Below, one piece after another: positions 25,096 through 39,459 of a DNA stretch of 64,000 nt (within the stretch, counting starts at the first letter, position 1; the number at the start of each line of letters is the position of its first letter). The stretch is from positions 177,320,001 through 177,384,000 of the forward strand of contig OZ024740.1 in the NCBI GenBank assembly GCA_964016885.1. The letters run 5' to 3'. The translations under genes and the position numbers were made by a program. This DNA comes from Eledone cirrhosa. Lineage: Eukaryota. A model generated the notes under the pieces. The model did no database searches. It was not told where the DNA came from and saw nothing but the letters and a program-made list of their open reading frames with translations.

Positions 25096-25396
25096 GGTAT
25101 AATGCATAATATATACTCTATACACACATACGCACATCTTGTCTGTGGTCTTGGAGGTGGGAGTGAGCATGGATTGTGTTGACTTGTATGCGAAAATGAC
25201 TTAGATAGAGATACAGAGAGAGAAAGAGGAAGAGAGAGACAGAGAGAGAGAGGGAGGGAGAGAGGGGAAGTGAGAGAGGGGTGAGATATATGTATATATC
25301 TCCCTTTCCCCACTCCCTCTTTCTCCCTCTCTCTCTGTCTCTCTCTGCCTCTCTCTCTCTCCGTTACTCTATCTAAGTCTCTGTATCTCTATCTAA

Positions 25397-25439
<43 letters not shown>

Positions 25440-25471
25440 AGATCAAAAGATGGTTAAAGTAGTTCCATGTA

Positions 25472-25538
25472 TTTTATTATGCGCATTTCAAAAACAAACA
25501 TCATCATGCAATAATATTTGTGTTTTCATCAGATAAAA
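25472..25538 (-). ncRNA. Minimal type I hammerhead ribozyme in a ~215-bp (TA)n-flanked insert (25436-25652)
   Basis: Minus strand: ttttat CTGATGA aaacac...tgttttt GAAA tgcgca TA ataaaa. Confidence 0.82.
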
Positions 25539-26137
25539 CAGGAGAACATGATATGAAGGCTAAAAAACACTTGTGGATAGTGCAGTTTTAAATCAACTTA
25601 TCCGATATCTGCATTGCTTTATTGTACTACAATAAAACTCACCTCCTACATTATATATATATATATATATATATATCTATATATATAAAACTGTGGTTGT
25701 CTGTCTGTCTATCGATTTTTGGCACACATCTCCTCTTAGAATCTCTCACGGAATTGCACCGAAATTGCTATACTTGTACATTGAGCCCTAGCGAAGACAT
25801 CGGAAAAAAAATAATTTCAAATTGACCCGCCCTATCTGACGAAATCGAATATAATGTATCGATTTTTGAGCGTAAGTGATCAGTTATTTCCCTTTGTTCT
25901 GTTTACATTGAGCGTCTGCGTGCAAAAATTAAAAAAATTACGCTGGCTTTCTCAGCGTTTAAAATGACATTAACACAATAATTTTTACTTGAAAACAAGT
26001 CTATTTAAAGACTACGTAAAACAAGCAAATATTTCGTAAAAAAAAGCAAAAATTATATAAGTTTATTTAAAATATATGTATCTGTAAATTTCGTTAGGCG
26101 TGCAGTCAGTTTTATATATATAGATGATAAACAATAA

Positions 26138-26506
26138 TATCCTCTATGAGGTCACTAAACCTGCTAGAAACAGCAGCTAACTCTCCCTCATATTACACCA
26201 CTCCCTACTGTCTTAAATTTAGAAAACACATATCCTCTATGAGGTTACTAAACCTGCTAGAAACAGCAGCTAACTCTCCCCCATATCATACCCCTCTCTA
26301 CTGTCTTAAATTTAGAAAACATATCTTCTATGAGGTCACTAAACCTGCTAGAAACAGTAGCTAACTCTCCCTCATATCACACCACTCCCTACTGTCTTAA
26401 ATTTAGAAAACACATATCCTCTATGAGGTCACTAAACCTGCTAGAAACAACAGCTAACTCTCCCTCATATCACAACCCTCCCTACTGTCTTAAATTTAGA
26501 AAACAC
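26138..26506. repeat. ~93-bp tandem repeat, 4 copies, inside Helitron copy 1
   Basis: cctctatgaggtcactaaacctgctagaaac recurs at 26141, 26234, 26325 and 26418. Confidence 0.92.
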
Positions 26507-27201
26507 ACAGACAACCATGCAGAACAACTCCATCGCAGCTCTGTTGTTCGGCTGGCATCGTCTACTCGCGTGTTGCGCAAGTACTGTGAAACAATAAATT
26601 TCAACACTTTTTTGCACAGAGATAATATCCATAGGCGAAACTACAATTGTCACTGCTGGCGCAGCTCATGCTTCCAGGTGTGCAATTCATTCACCCAGTG
26701 CCTGGCAGACAAAAAAGTGCTGCAACCTAACTTTGGTAACTTAATGACCCCGAGCAACGCCGGGCTTTAATGCTAGTATATATATAAAACTGTGGTTGTC
26801 TGTCTGTCTATCGATTTTTGGCACACATCTCCTCTTAGAATCTCTCACGGAATTGCACCGAAATTGCTATACTTGTACATTGAGCCCTAGCGAAGACATC
26901 GGAAAAAAAAAATTTCAAATTGACCCGCCCTATCTGACGAAATCGAATATAATGTATCGATTTTTGAGCGTAAGTTATCAGTTATTTCCCTTTGTTCTGT
27001 TTACATTGAGCGTCTTACGTAAAAAATTACGCTGGCTTTTTCAGTTGTCGAGCCAGCAAAATATTGACCTGCAAAATTCATCAGTTCGAACACTAAGCTT
27101 CCGTTTTGCTTCATTTCCATTTAAAAGCATTTTAAAACAATATTTTTACTTGAAAACAAGTCTATTTAAAGACTACGTAAAACAAGCAAATATTTCGTCG
27201 T

Positions 27202-27435
27202 TAGGCGTGCAGACAGACAGTCGTGCAGACAGACAGTCGTGCAGACAGACAGTCGTGCAGAGAGGTGATATAGGCGTGCAGACAGACAGTCGTGCAGAGA
27301 GGTGATATAGGCGTGCAGACAGACAGTCGTGCAGAGAGGTGATATAGGCGTGCAGACAGACAGTCGTGCAGAGAGGTGATATAGGCGTGCAGACAGACAG
27401 TCGTGCAGAGAGGTGATATAGGCGTGCAGACAGAC
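27202..27435. repeat. 37-bp minisatellite (~6 copies) inside Helitron copy 2
   Basis: taggcgtgcagacagac recurs at 27271, 27308, 27345, 27382 and 27419. Confidence 0.92.
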
Positions 27436-27799
27436 ATAACTGATAATTTGGTTACGCTAATGTTTTTCTCTGCGTTGCAGTGTTTACATTTTCGATCTTT
27501 GTTAATAAATAACCAGTGCAGTTTTTATCCCCAGCATCCTCTTTTGTTATAACATTCGGGTTATCGTTATGTTTTCTTAACTTCATAAGGCATATTGTTG
27601 GTTGAGGGAATATTAATCAAACACACCACATGCAAGTCTGCACAGTAGACACTAGAGTTTTTAAGCCAAAAAAGAAACTTAACATTGTAACTTTAACACA
27701 GCTACTGAGCGACCCCGAGCAACGCCGGGCTTTACTGCTAGTGTATTATATAAATGAAAGTATAGAAATTATTGTGAGCGCGAAGCCAACAGTATTTCG

Positions 27800-27894
<95 letters not shown>

Positions 27895-28652
27895 GGGGAG
27901 AGAGGGAGCAAGAGAGAGAGACAGACAGCCAGAGAGAGAGGGAGGGAGGGAGAGAGAGGGGGGAAGTAGGAGGATGAGATTAAAGAGAGGCAGTGATAGA
28001 GAAAGGCTGACACTCGACAGAATGAGAGACAGGGAGAAATCAAGAAGGCGGGGGGGGGGGAGAAGAAAAAAGAGGGTAGTTATTAAAGTAATGGTAGAGA
28101 GGAGGAGAGGTAAGAGTAAGAGGAGCGGGAGGAGTGAGATTTCGAGTAAAGGGTGAGGATGAACATAAAAGATTGACGAGGGCTATAGTGAGAGGTAAAG
28201 AGAGATAGGAGCATGCGTATGTATGTGTATCTGTGTGTATATGTGCTTGTGTGTATATATGTGTGTATGTGTGTGTATGCGTGTGCGTATCTCAGTAAAC
28301 GTGTATACTTCTACAGGTTTTGTTTGTGTGTATATGTGTGTGTATGTGTATGTATGTATATGTGTGTGTATCTGTGTGTATGCTTCTACATGTTTTGTGT
28401 TTACGTGTATATATCTGTGTATGTATGGATATGTGTGTATTTGTGTGTGTGTATGTATGTGTGTATATGTATATGTACGTATATGTGTGTGAGCATCTGA
28501 GTATATATATATATATATATATATAAACATGTGTATTTTTGTATCTGATACGAGCACATACACATACACATAGTTTGTAAATGGATGCATTGGTGCCTTT
28601 GTTCAGTATGCATGCGCGTGTGTATGTGTGGTTGCATGTGCAAGTGTATGCA

Positions 28653-28711
<59 letters not shown>

Positions 28712-28714
28712 TCA

Positions 28715-28750
<36 letters not shown>

Positions 28751-28760
28751 CATATATATG

Positions 28761-28811
<51 letters not shown>

Positions 28812-28825
28812 GTGTATGTGTGTGT

Positions 28826-28859
<34 letters not shown>

Positions 28860-28869
28860 ATATATGTAT

Positions 28870-28928
<59 letters not shown>

Positions 28929-28941
28929 TATATATGTATAT

Positions 28942-29080
<139 letters not shown>

Positions 29081-29366
29081 TATATGTGTGTGCGCGTGCA
29101 CATACAGTTGTGTGCGAGAACGTGTGTTTGCATGTATATGTGCTTGTATGTGTGTATGCGTGTCTATGGGTGAGACGAAGCAAGCGAGCCGGTGATAAAA
29201 GAATGTAGATGGGCTGGTTTATGAATATATTAAGAAGAATGACAAGAAAAGAAAATATTTATACACACCCACCTCCCCCTCCGTATTTCTCCTCCTCTTA
29301 CTCACTCTTTATCTTTGAAACAGTCACAGCCACATTCATAGTTATAAGCAAGCATACATACATACC

Positions 29367-29399
<33 letters not shown>

Positions 29400-29445
29400 A
29401 TACATACCTACCTCCCACCTACTTACCTACCTACGTACCCACCTA

Positions 29446-29730
29446 CATGGTGGCTGCCAACTCGTTTTCGAGTACGGCCACCACTTTATATCCATGTAGG
29501 AGAACCCCTACCGATGCGCTGAACGAGTGTGACTTTTTAGTCCAGCCAGCGACTTGAAAACTCTGGTACAAACACTACACTTGTGACAATTATTGACACA
29601 TAGTGCTGGGCCCATGGTACCATGTCACGACAAGTGCAGAGAGATCTCCAGATACAAAGCAATCCCTGTGCCGTGAATCTTTTATAGTGAGCAAAGGCAC
29701 TGCACAAAGCCAGTCCCACTCTCTTAACCA
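29446..29730 (-). mobile_element. 5'-truncated family A retroposon
   Basis: Near-identical to 12388-12673. Confidence 0.8.
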
Positions 29731-30007
29731 ATACATATATACATACATGCATACATACATGCATGCATACATACTTACACATATACATAAACATATATAG
29801 ATACACACATAACATACAAACATACTTGCATACATCTATCCATACATGCATACATACAAATATACATGCATACATCTATTCATACATGCATACATGCAAA
29901 CATATTTACTGTCATACAGTCAGATAGACAGATATATAGGCATAGATAAATATATACATACAAACATATACACATATTCATTCATACAAATATACATGCT
30001 TATAATA

Positions 30008-30196
30008 ATTGTTTCTACTTTTGGCACAAGGCCAGCAATTATCCCAGTGCATTACTGGTACTTTATTTTATCGACCCCGTAAAGATGAAAGGCAAAGTTA
30101 ACCTCGGCGGGATTTGAACTCAGATCATAAAGGGAGGTAACTCTATGCTTCAAAGCATGGCGTCCGACCCTTACCGATACTGCCAATCCACCGCCC
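30008..30196 (-). mobile_element. tRNA-derived SINE with Nin/Deu-like central domain
   Basis: Minus strand: A box tggcagtatcgg, B box gagttcaaatcc, then gcctttcatc.ttacggggtcgataaaataaagtaccag. Multiple copies in the window. Confidence 0.82.
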
Positions 30197-30218
30197 TAAT
30201 AATAATAGTAATAATGAT

Positions 30219-32420
30219 TTCATTTATTAGCCACAAGGGCCGGCATTTAGGGGACAATACAAAGACAGGGACAGTGGGGGTTTACAATAAGGTCGAGTAA
30301 AAGTGCACAATGGCAAGACTAATTTAACAATGAAGATAAAAAAATATAAAATAAACTATGCATAAATATAACAAAATAGTTTCCCCTATAGGGAGTGGAC
30401 GACCTAGGGGTGACTCAGGTACCCCACCAACCCTGAACCACCCTGCGCTTCTAGGGACCAAGGGAAAGTACCCCTCTCCTCAAGTTAGCTAGCCTATAGG
30501 CGCATGGTCAGAGTAGGCCCATTCTCGCCACATTCATCCACCTTTTAGCAAATGAACTGGGGGGGGAAGCACTTCTCTCTCCACCCTCACCTTCCTTTCC
30601 AGGTGAAACTTGAAGAAGTTGATGAGGGATTGGTCGAAGAGAAAAGTGTCTGTCTTCAGTCCTTTTAATCTGGTTCCACCACATAACTTCTTTCGCAACG
30701 GCCATCAGACAGAGGAAAATTGCCTGCTCTTCCTGACCTAAGGAAGGCGGCGGGTCGATCTTCACTATGGACTCAGCCGATAACCGGATCCGTTCCACAC
30801 GGGACAGTAGCTGTTCGACATAACTCCACAAGTCAGTAATGCACAGACATTGGACAAGTGCGTGCAGAACGGTTTCGTCGCTCTGTGCGCATCTTGGGCA
30901 GGTCCGTCTGACAGCACTTCAGTGCCTCTAGAGTTTATCTCGAATCGGCAGTGCCTCCCGGTAGCACTGCCAATTGAGGGATTTCTGGAAATTGTCCATC
31001 GTCCCCGGCTCGAAAGTCCTCCGGTACAGACTGGTCAGTTTGACTTCGTCGATGCCCAAAGCTTCTTTGAGTGCGTCATCGCACTTGCCCACCACTAATC
31101 CTTTATAGAACTTGAGAGTGGAAGTTCCACTGATCGCATTGCCCGCTTGGTAGAGGGCAGTGAGTGCCTGGCAACATTCCAGGTGCCAGTCACCCAATCT
31201 CGGTCTCTTCTTGACCCAGGACTGCAGCTCAGTCAAAGAAACGAGCTGCGGAAAGGCTTTCTGATAAACGGCGACCACACCTGTTCACCGTTTAGGCAGA
31301 ATATCTGGAAATGTCGCAGCCTCAGCGCATGTCTGCGTATCATTAGCCACGGCATGCCCAGCCCTCCGCGTAGAGGGTGCTGGTAGCAGATGGACCGCCT
31401 CACCAACGGAATTTGTCCTTTCCACAAGAATTTGAAGAGGAGCCATACCAACCTGACGAGGCGCGGACGGGGGCAAGTCACGACGGTCAGGCGGTAGTAG
31501 ATGACGGACACGATGTACGCATTCGCCACTTCCGCGCGACCTTTCAGTGATAGCTTCCTTCAGCCCATTGTTGGGTGAGACTGGCTACTCTGCTCGTTAC
31601 CTCGTCCCAACTCGTTTCCACCTGGAGGTCTGGTCCGAACCAAACACCGAGCAACTTTACCGGTCCGTCCGTCCAGCGCCCCACGACGCTGTTGGACAGC
31701 ATAGGCTTGCCTCTCCAGGTTCCGAGCTGCAAGCCCGCCGACTTTACCGGGTTAAGTTTGGCTCCTGTCAACCTTTCATATTCCTTCAATAAGGTGCCGA
31801 CCACCTCGATTTCCGAGGTGACCGACACCATCACGGTGATGTCGTCCGCATAAGCCAACACCGCCTTTCCACGTCCCGTTTCGAATGGGATGCCCTGCAA
31901 CAGCTCCAGCTTCCGCAGTAAAGGCTCGAGAGTCAATACGTATACAAGGGAAGAGAGAGGGCACCCTTGACAGACCGATCGGGAGAGCCGAAATGGTTCC
32001 GAAAGGTGGCCATTAACCTTGACGACCGAGCGTGTCCCGCTGTGCATTGCAGAGATCCAGCTTCTGAAGACAGGGCCGAAGCCAGCTGCTATGAGGACGG
32101 ACAAACTCCAGATACCGATGGTCGACCCTATCAAATGCTTTCGATTGATCTAAATTGATCAGTGCCCCACCGAAGCCAGATTTACACCCTACCCTCTCTA
32201 TAATGTATCGTATAAGGTGGAGATTGTCGTGTATGGACCTGGCTGGGATTGCACAAGTTTGCGCCTCCCCAGCCAAATCCTCGACGACAAGCGCCAATCT
32301 CTTTGCTAACACCTTGGCCAAAATCTTAAACTCTGTGTTGAGCAGAGTTATGGGCCTGAAGTTGTCTAATGTATCCCTATTGTTCTCGTCTTTCCTTATC
32401 AGCGTCACCACTCCCCTGCA
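30219..32420 (-). mobile_element. 5'-truncated, frameshifted L1/Tx1-clade LINE
   Basis: NFRPITLLNTEFKILAKVLAKRL, LDQSKAFDRVDH, QGCPLS, AYADDIT, KLLGVWF, GGLGMP spread over several frames. Confidence 0.9.
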
Positions 32421-33040
32421 CGAAAGATATATACTTTATATCATCTCTATTTATTTCATTATATATATTTCGAAGGTGTAAATTTTTATGTATAACATAA
32501 AGCAAAATATATAGAAAATGTATAATTTTTTCTTGATATCCCGGTAGACAAACGAATTGGACAGATCGATGACCACCAGGCATATATGCTTATATTAATT
32601 TATATCAATAAGAGCAGTTGCACAACAGATGATGTTACAAATTAAAGTCTGTTTTAAGTCGAAAGTTCATCGTGCTGGTGATTTTCCCGCTTTCGTTGGC
32701 GTTAAATAACTGAGAGTACAAGACTCTCTCTGGACAGGATACAAGTCTACACATCTCAGCTGATTGTACTGGAGAATCGTGACATATAGGGTTTTTTGCT
32801 CAGGAACACAATGCAGGAATCCAACCGATGATATTACGATGTTACAAGAACAACTTCAAAAAGCCCACTAACACCGCAGACCACTGAAAAAACCCTTAGC
32901 TGACATTACTCAACAATCTGCCACAAAGAGCCGCGCATAGAAAACATGTACACAACATGTAAAGCAACAACTTCTACCAAGATGATGAGTTACCAGCTTC
33001 CTTTCCACAAAACTGTCAAAAAAAAAAAAATAAAATATTT

Positions 33041-33258
33041 AATGGTTTCTTATATAAGCACAAGGCCAACAATTTTGGGGGCGGGGAAAGTCGATTAAAT
33101 CGACCTCAGTGCGTGACTGGTAGTTTATTTTAGCGACCCCGTAAGGATGAATGCAAAGTTAACTTCGGCGGGATTTAAACTCAGATCATAAAGGGCTGTA
33201 ACTCTATCCTGCAAACCATGGCGTCCGACCCTCTACCAATACTGCCAATCCACCGCCC
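33041..33258 (-). mobile_element. tRNA-derived SINE (same family as 30008)
   Basis: High similarity to 30008-30196. Confidence 0.8.
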
Positions 33259-33319
33259 TTATCAAAAACATTTAATAACCTTACAGAGAGACATCACAAA
33301 TATAGGCATAGAAAATTGC

Positions 33320-33460
33320 AGGTGTGCGGCATAGGGGTTAGGTTGTTCGGCTGATGATCTTGATGTCCCGAGTTCGGTTCTTGGCGGTGCACTGAGTCGT
33401 TCAGCAAGATAATTCATTTCAAGCTGCTCTAGTATATTCCTGTTGTAAAAATGAACCAGA
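33320..33460 (+). mobile_element. Old tRNA-derived SINE fragment
   Basis: A-box-like ggcataggggttagg, B-box-like gagttcggttc, and a CORE-like agcaagataattcattt. Confidence 0.4.
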
Positions 33461-34786
33461 AGTACATTGGATGTACTGTACTTATAACTAAAGAACTCAG
33501 CGTCTCATCACTCGCTATGTTACGCTGAATCTCTCTGTGAAGTTACACCATTCTATGAAATGCTCATCCACTTGCATGCTAATTTCAGGAGAGTAGCCTG
33601 GAACACTAGTCGTTGGAACCGCTGCAGATACAACACCATCACCATCACCACCGCTAGCAACAACAACAACAACAAACAATAACATCAGCCACAGTAGTAA
33701 AACAACTAGATTTTCCACCAATAAAATTTCACTCGCGGTGCTTGAATACGGGACATGTTTCTGTAACATAGCTACCCATACCTAAGAATGGTTTATATAG
33801 CTTATGTAAGTAAATAATTAACTGACTGGATAATTTAAAATAAAGTCTTTAGAAACATTCGCGCGGATTTCTTCCGCATAGTTAAGTACAAACTCATACT
33901 CATGATGTGTAATTTTCATCAGTCGAAATTGTATCTGTAATCAAAGAAATGCTAGTATTAACATAATTTTTTTTTTTAAATCAGGTTAAGTAGAGAACCC
34001 AGTCTGATCTTTTGAAACAAGATTGATAACTCCAATGATGTTTCAGTCCAATTAGATCCCCTCAGCGAAACACAGTGAAGATATCACTACAATACTGCAC
34101 AGTTTTCAGTGTGGAGGAATTGGGGTGGTGTAATGTGGTTGATTGGAGATGTTGGCTGCAGATGAGAAGTATAGTCGTTGGAAAATGTGAGGTGAAACAA
34201 GGTGTTAAAGAGATACAAAAGTAACACAGTTGCACTACCACCGCACCCCCATTGCGGGGCAGTATAACAATGATGCTGTGTGACTGTCGAAGGTGACTGA
34301 ATGCAACAAATTCCGACCGGAAGATACCTGGGCATCTGGAAATCGAAGCGGTCAATAGCTTTAAAATTATTGGAGCTGCTGTGCTCAGTTTGTTTGCAAA
34401 AGAAGGCATACAGCTTGGTGCGACGCATTCAACCGAATTCCTTTCGAACCTTGCCGTATCTCCTTAAATATGTAAAGACACGTTATATGAAATTTCAGGT
34501 ATATTGTGTGTACATAAAAAGGGACAGTCACGACGGTATTCATTGATCATAATTCTTCGTGACAAGTGCCGGCATAGGTTTAAACAACTGCAAATATAGC
34601 ATCGACGGTGAAAACTCTACATGCTCATTCGGCCTGAAAGATATAGCAGTCATATTTTCCTCACATTGCCCTCTACAGTCTTTTCAAAACATATGGAGGA
34701 TCCAACATGTGTGTATTTGTGTGTGAGACACAGACACAGACTGGGTATGTTTATCTGTTATCTTAGTATATACTTATGTGTATGAG

Positions 34787-34835
<49 letters not shown>

Positions 34836-35718
34836 GAGTGTGTGTCTGTGTATCTGTGGGCAGGAAGAGTCCAGACCAACTCTTCAGTTCCCACATTTGC
34901 TCATAATATGCACACACTTATTCCTCACTCTCTCTCTCACTTTCTATCCCCCCTCTCTCTCTGTATAAACGAGTATGTATGTTTTGTGCCATGTGTAGGT
35001 TTATATTGTGCGACACACACACACACGCAAAGAGAGAGAGGGAGGGGAGGCATCTAAAATCATCTAAAAAAAATATCAAGCATCATGGGAGACTGTAAGA
35101 TTTTATTCCTCAAATCGTAGCCATTTTAAAAGCAAAGACATACGAACTAGAAATATAAAGACAAAAGAGAGAAAGAGGAACATAACTGTGTGGACCTGTT
35201 GGATCTTCGTCGGTTCCGACGTGTGTTCCAGTTGTTTGACCAACGGAGTAGCTTACTCATGGATTCAACTTGCAAGTGGCTGAGCTTTCAACAGACACGT
35301 GTACCAATGTGACACAATGTCCGCCCTTTTAATTAAAATTATAGGTCTTGTTTGCAAATGTAAATTGAATCAACATGAAAAAAAAAGACCTGCTCAAGGA
35401 CAAACGCGTCACCGTGAATAGAACACAAGACTATAAGATCGTGATACGAACAGCCCTAACCACCAAGCCACACGCATTCAGAAACATACATGCGTACAGA
35501 GACAATTAGACAGATAGTGTGACAACTACGCAAGCCAGTTAGGCAGGTTGTCAAGCAGGCAGGGCGGTAGGCAAGCAGGCCAGGAGGTAAGCAGGCTCCG
35601 TGGTATGCAAAGGGAGGCGGTAGCTGTTGTTTAATGGGGAGACGAGAAGTTAAGTAAATAGTTCAATTTGTGTATGTCTATGCGTGCGTGTGTGCTTATG
35701 TATATATATATATATATG

Positions 35719-35889
35719 AAAGAGTGTCTGCGGTGCTGAGACCGGGGAAAACTAATCATGGGAGTACTTGAACACGCAAGCCGAAACAACTTGGCGCCGT
35801 GGTCGGGTTTTACATCTTACACATACACACACAAACACACACTCTCTTTCTCTCTCTCTCTCTCTTTCTCTTTCTCTCTCTATGTACAT

Positions 35890-35920
<31 letters not shown>

Positions 35921-36126
35921 GGAAGAGTGTCTGCGGTGCTGAGACCGGGGAAAACTAATCATGGGAGTACTTGAACACGCAAGCCGAAACAACTTGGCGC
36001 CGTGGTCGGGTTTTACATCTTACACATACACACACACACACACAAACACACACTCTCTTTCTCTCTCTCTCTCTCTTTCTCTTTCTCTCTCTATGTACAT
36101 AGAGAGAGAGAGAGAGAGAGAGAGAG
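35719..36126. repeat. Tandem duplication of ~203 bp including its microsatellites
   Basis: aagagtgtctgcggtgctgagaccgggg occurs at 35719 and again ~203 bp downstream. Confidence 0.9.
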
Positions 36127-36226
36127 GTAGTATAGTACACTGGAAGGTAATATCCGTAGTGGTAGAGCACTCAGTCTATGGAACGAGTTAGGTAGAAGTG
36201 GTTACACAACAGTTAGTTCACCATAC

Positions 36227-36264
36227 CGAGAACAATTGTTTCACCTTAGTGGATCCTCAGCTCG
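36227..36264 (-). ncRNA. Minimal type I hammerhead ribozyme (family of 24944)
   Basis: Minus strand: cgag CTGAGGA tccactaaggt GAAA caattg TT ctcg. Confidence 0.78.
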
Positions 36265-36283
36265 TAATGGACATGGTTATACG

Positions 36284-36372
<89 letters not shown>

Positions 36373-36467
36373 CACACAGAAACAAAGTGAGATAGAGTGA
36401 GATATCTATATATGTTCGGATCTAGCTGTCGAAACGGCCGGAGCTCAGCCGTCGGTGACGTGAATCT

Positions 36468-36532
<65 letters not shown>

Positions 36533-37548
36533 GGTACACCCAAGTGCTTGTCAGCCCAATTGAAGTATCAAGTATACGAAGATCGGAGGATAGTCAATGT
36601 AATAAAGAGATGCAGAAACAAACTGCATGCATTCAACAAACAACTATTAGCTTGTTTTAAGGCGTAGGCATAATGGACATTTGGCCTAGCGTTCATTCGG
36701 TTTATAGGCTCAATGCTAACTTATCTCTACTGTGGTTGTTATATTGGGGTCCCAGTCCTTGTTTTGCCGGGGAGGTATAATTCTGTTCAGATTGCTCCCA
36801 GCCACATAGAGATTTTGAAATAAGTTCCTCACCCTTGAGTACCGTAAGCCGTCTTGGTCTGCCTTGCAAAGTTTGTCTCAGATAACTTGAAAATTATGTT
36901 CCCAAACATAGAAGATATACTGGTGCAACAAAATCTCCGCTAGCTTGGACACGATAAAAAAAATAGAGACAACTGGCTTGCCAAGAAAAATACTTAACTC
37001 AGTTGTTTAGTACAGCAATTGATGAAGTGGGCACTACGGTTTTCAGGGATTCAAGAGGGGTGACAGGGGTCATTGGAAGGTAATAGGTGATCAGGGAGAA
37101 AAACGGGCAAAAGCTAAACATTAGTAATTGCTCGTAAAACTAACCTGTATATAATAAATGCTTAATTAAAATGTAAAAAACTTAAAATGTAATCTAAAAA
37201 AAAAATGTATAATGGTTTTATCAACTTCAGAGGGGGACTTTCTGATGAAATGCATTCTCTAAAAGAGGGCAGTAGTCCGAAAAATGTTTGGGATGATCGA
37301 GGTTACTGACATTCACAGTTGTCTAGCAGGATGTGGCTAGATATAGGACGAGGAGGTCGGACATCGATAGCTGGAGACAGCAGACAGAAAAATATATCGA
37401 TTCAAGTTTGATGCTGCGGCTCACCGCATGCCGTTAGATCCCATTCACTATCGATGACGACGAATTGGCAGAGTCGTCAAAACGTCGGAGAAAATGCTTA
37501 GTGGTTCTCTGTACTCCGAGCTCACATCATGCCGAGGTCAACTTTGCC

Positions 37549-37579
<31 letters not shown>

Positions 37580-37730
37580 GGAAATCAGTAAAATCGAATC
37601 TCTGACGGTTTGCAAGTAAATTCGGCCTACTTATATGAAATGATGAGTTAGCAAAGCACTCGATAAGATAGGTCTCAGAGTTATAACATACGTTTAAATA
37701 GCTTGACAAATCGAACATTGTGGTAGGCGA

Positions 37731-37773
<43 letters not shown>

Positions 37774-37896
37774 ATCCGCTAAAGTGAAGCAATTCTTCTT
37801 GGTTTGGTGAACTAACTGTTGTGTAACCACTTCTACCTAACTCGTCCCTTGGACTGAGTGCTCGACCACTACGGATATTACCTTCCAGTGTTCCAC

Positions 37897-37971
<75 letters not shown>

Positions 37972-37989
37972 TCTCTCTCACTTTGTTTC

Positions 37990-38049
<60 letters not shown>

Positions 38050-38680
38050 TATTTATATATATATACACACACATATTATATGTCACCTTTTCTCTTTTTC
38101 TAGAAAAAATCGCCTAGAAGTATGGCTTCTACAAAGTTTGATGCCCAAGATAATTTTTCTAGGTTGTCTCAGTAGATTTTTTTTTAAACCAGAATTTGTC
38201 GTTTAGTTTACATATTAAGACCCTAACCCATCCTATTTATTGTATAACGTATTGGAATACTAGTAATGTGTTATTTTTTGTCTTGTAACATGTTTTTTAA
38301 TGTCTAAAAAAAAAATAATTGTCGCAGGAATGCTACCACATAAAATAAAATGACACAGGAGATATATTAGCAAAATTTAATAAGCGGGGTAGAGGGGGGA
38401 TAAGAGCGAGGGTAGGGTGAAAAAATCTGAAAAAATAATAAGCGCGCGTGGAGTCGGCGAGACCCCAGATCATATATACAGAAATACAGTCAATAAATTA
38501 TGCTCTACACAAACTTTACTGAATAATACGTATATTTTGAAATGGCATAATTCTTTGTAGTTTACATTAAAAGAAATGATATAAGTGCATGGCAGACAGT
38601 ATGTGTTGGCTTAAAAACCAACGAAACCTAAGGACCGGCGTATTGCCACTGTTGTAACTCATTATAGACATTTATATACT

Positions 38681-38711
<31 letters not shown>

Positions 38712-38985
38712 TGCAAAAGTTCTATTTAAATTGTTGGGATACAACAAGCAAATATTTTTATAACTGATATAAAGCACTCAACAAGTATTTGGAGTAAACA
38801 TACGATATTAACAAATGGAAACTATATTTATAAAACCATATTTATTTCATTATACATATTTCAAGGACACCAAGTTAAATTATGGTGTGCTTTCATCAGA
38901 CATAATTTAACTTGTTGTCCTTGAAATATGTATAATGAAATAAATATGGTTTTATAAATATAGTTTCCATTTGTTAATATCGTAT
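38712..38985 (-). mobile_element. (TA)n-flanked fold-back insert with HHR; related insert at 49955-50125
   Basis: Arms 38801-38884 and 38901-38984. Confidence 0.82.
38848..38900 (-). ncRNA. Type I hammerhead ribozyme, 5' strand of stem I truncated at the fold-back junction
   Basis: Minus strand: t CTGATGA aag-cacacca..tggtgtc-ctt GAAA tatgta TA atg. Confidence 0.75.
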
Positions 38986-39459
38986 ATATATAATATATAT
39001 ATATATATATAAAATGGCGTGCTGCGTTGTTGCATATGGGATACATATGAATAAAATTAGAGCAAGAAGACAGGACTGTCCGTCATCAGTGATCTTCCAG
39101 TCATCATCGGTATTTCTTCGCATTAAAGACCATATACGTCCGGCTGGTGCGAGCAATAACTAAAAAAAGTTATTGGGACAATTATATATATATATACACA
39201 CACTTATATGAGATAACAAAGAATGAGTGTTGCATCATATAGATATTTAATTACATATCAGATGTGTTAAACTGTCGATCAGCTCGAGGAACGATCTATT
39301 AATTATCGAAACCTTACTCTGGAATCAGAAACTCCTCAGATATGTTTTAACATGTATATATAAAGAATTAACTATGGAGATATAAAAGATACAGAAGCGA
39401 AAACCAACCAAACAGTGAGTGTGTTCTGTTGTTATTTCTGGCAATATTATTACAACAAT

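Larger units (their letters stand above)
25676..27741 (+). mobile_element. Two head-to-tail non-autonomous Helitrons (25676-26776 and 26777-27741)
   Basis: Both begin (TC)TATATATATAAAACTGTGGTTGTCTGTCTGTC and share ~400 bp. Both end cccgagcaacgccggg..CTAG|T. Confidence 0.8.

Noticed and set aside
26138-27435. Regular repeats as a possible CRISPR array
   Set aside because: No unique spacers and no cas genes; eukaryotic tandem repeats inside Helitrons.
30008-30196. tRNA genes at A/B-box sequences
   Set aside because: No cloverleaf; these are multi-copy SINE heads.
36640-36710. Possible additional hammerhead on the minus strand
   Set aside because: A stem is present but both core boxes are too degenerate to call.
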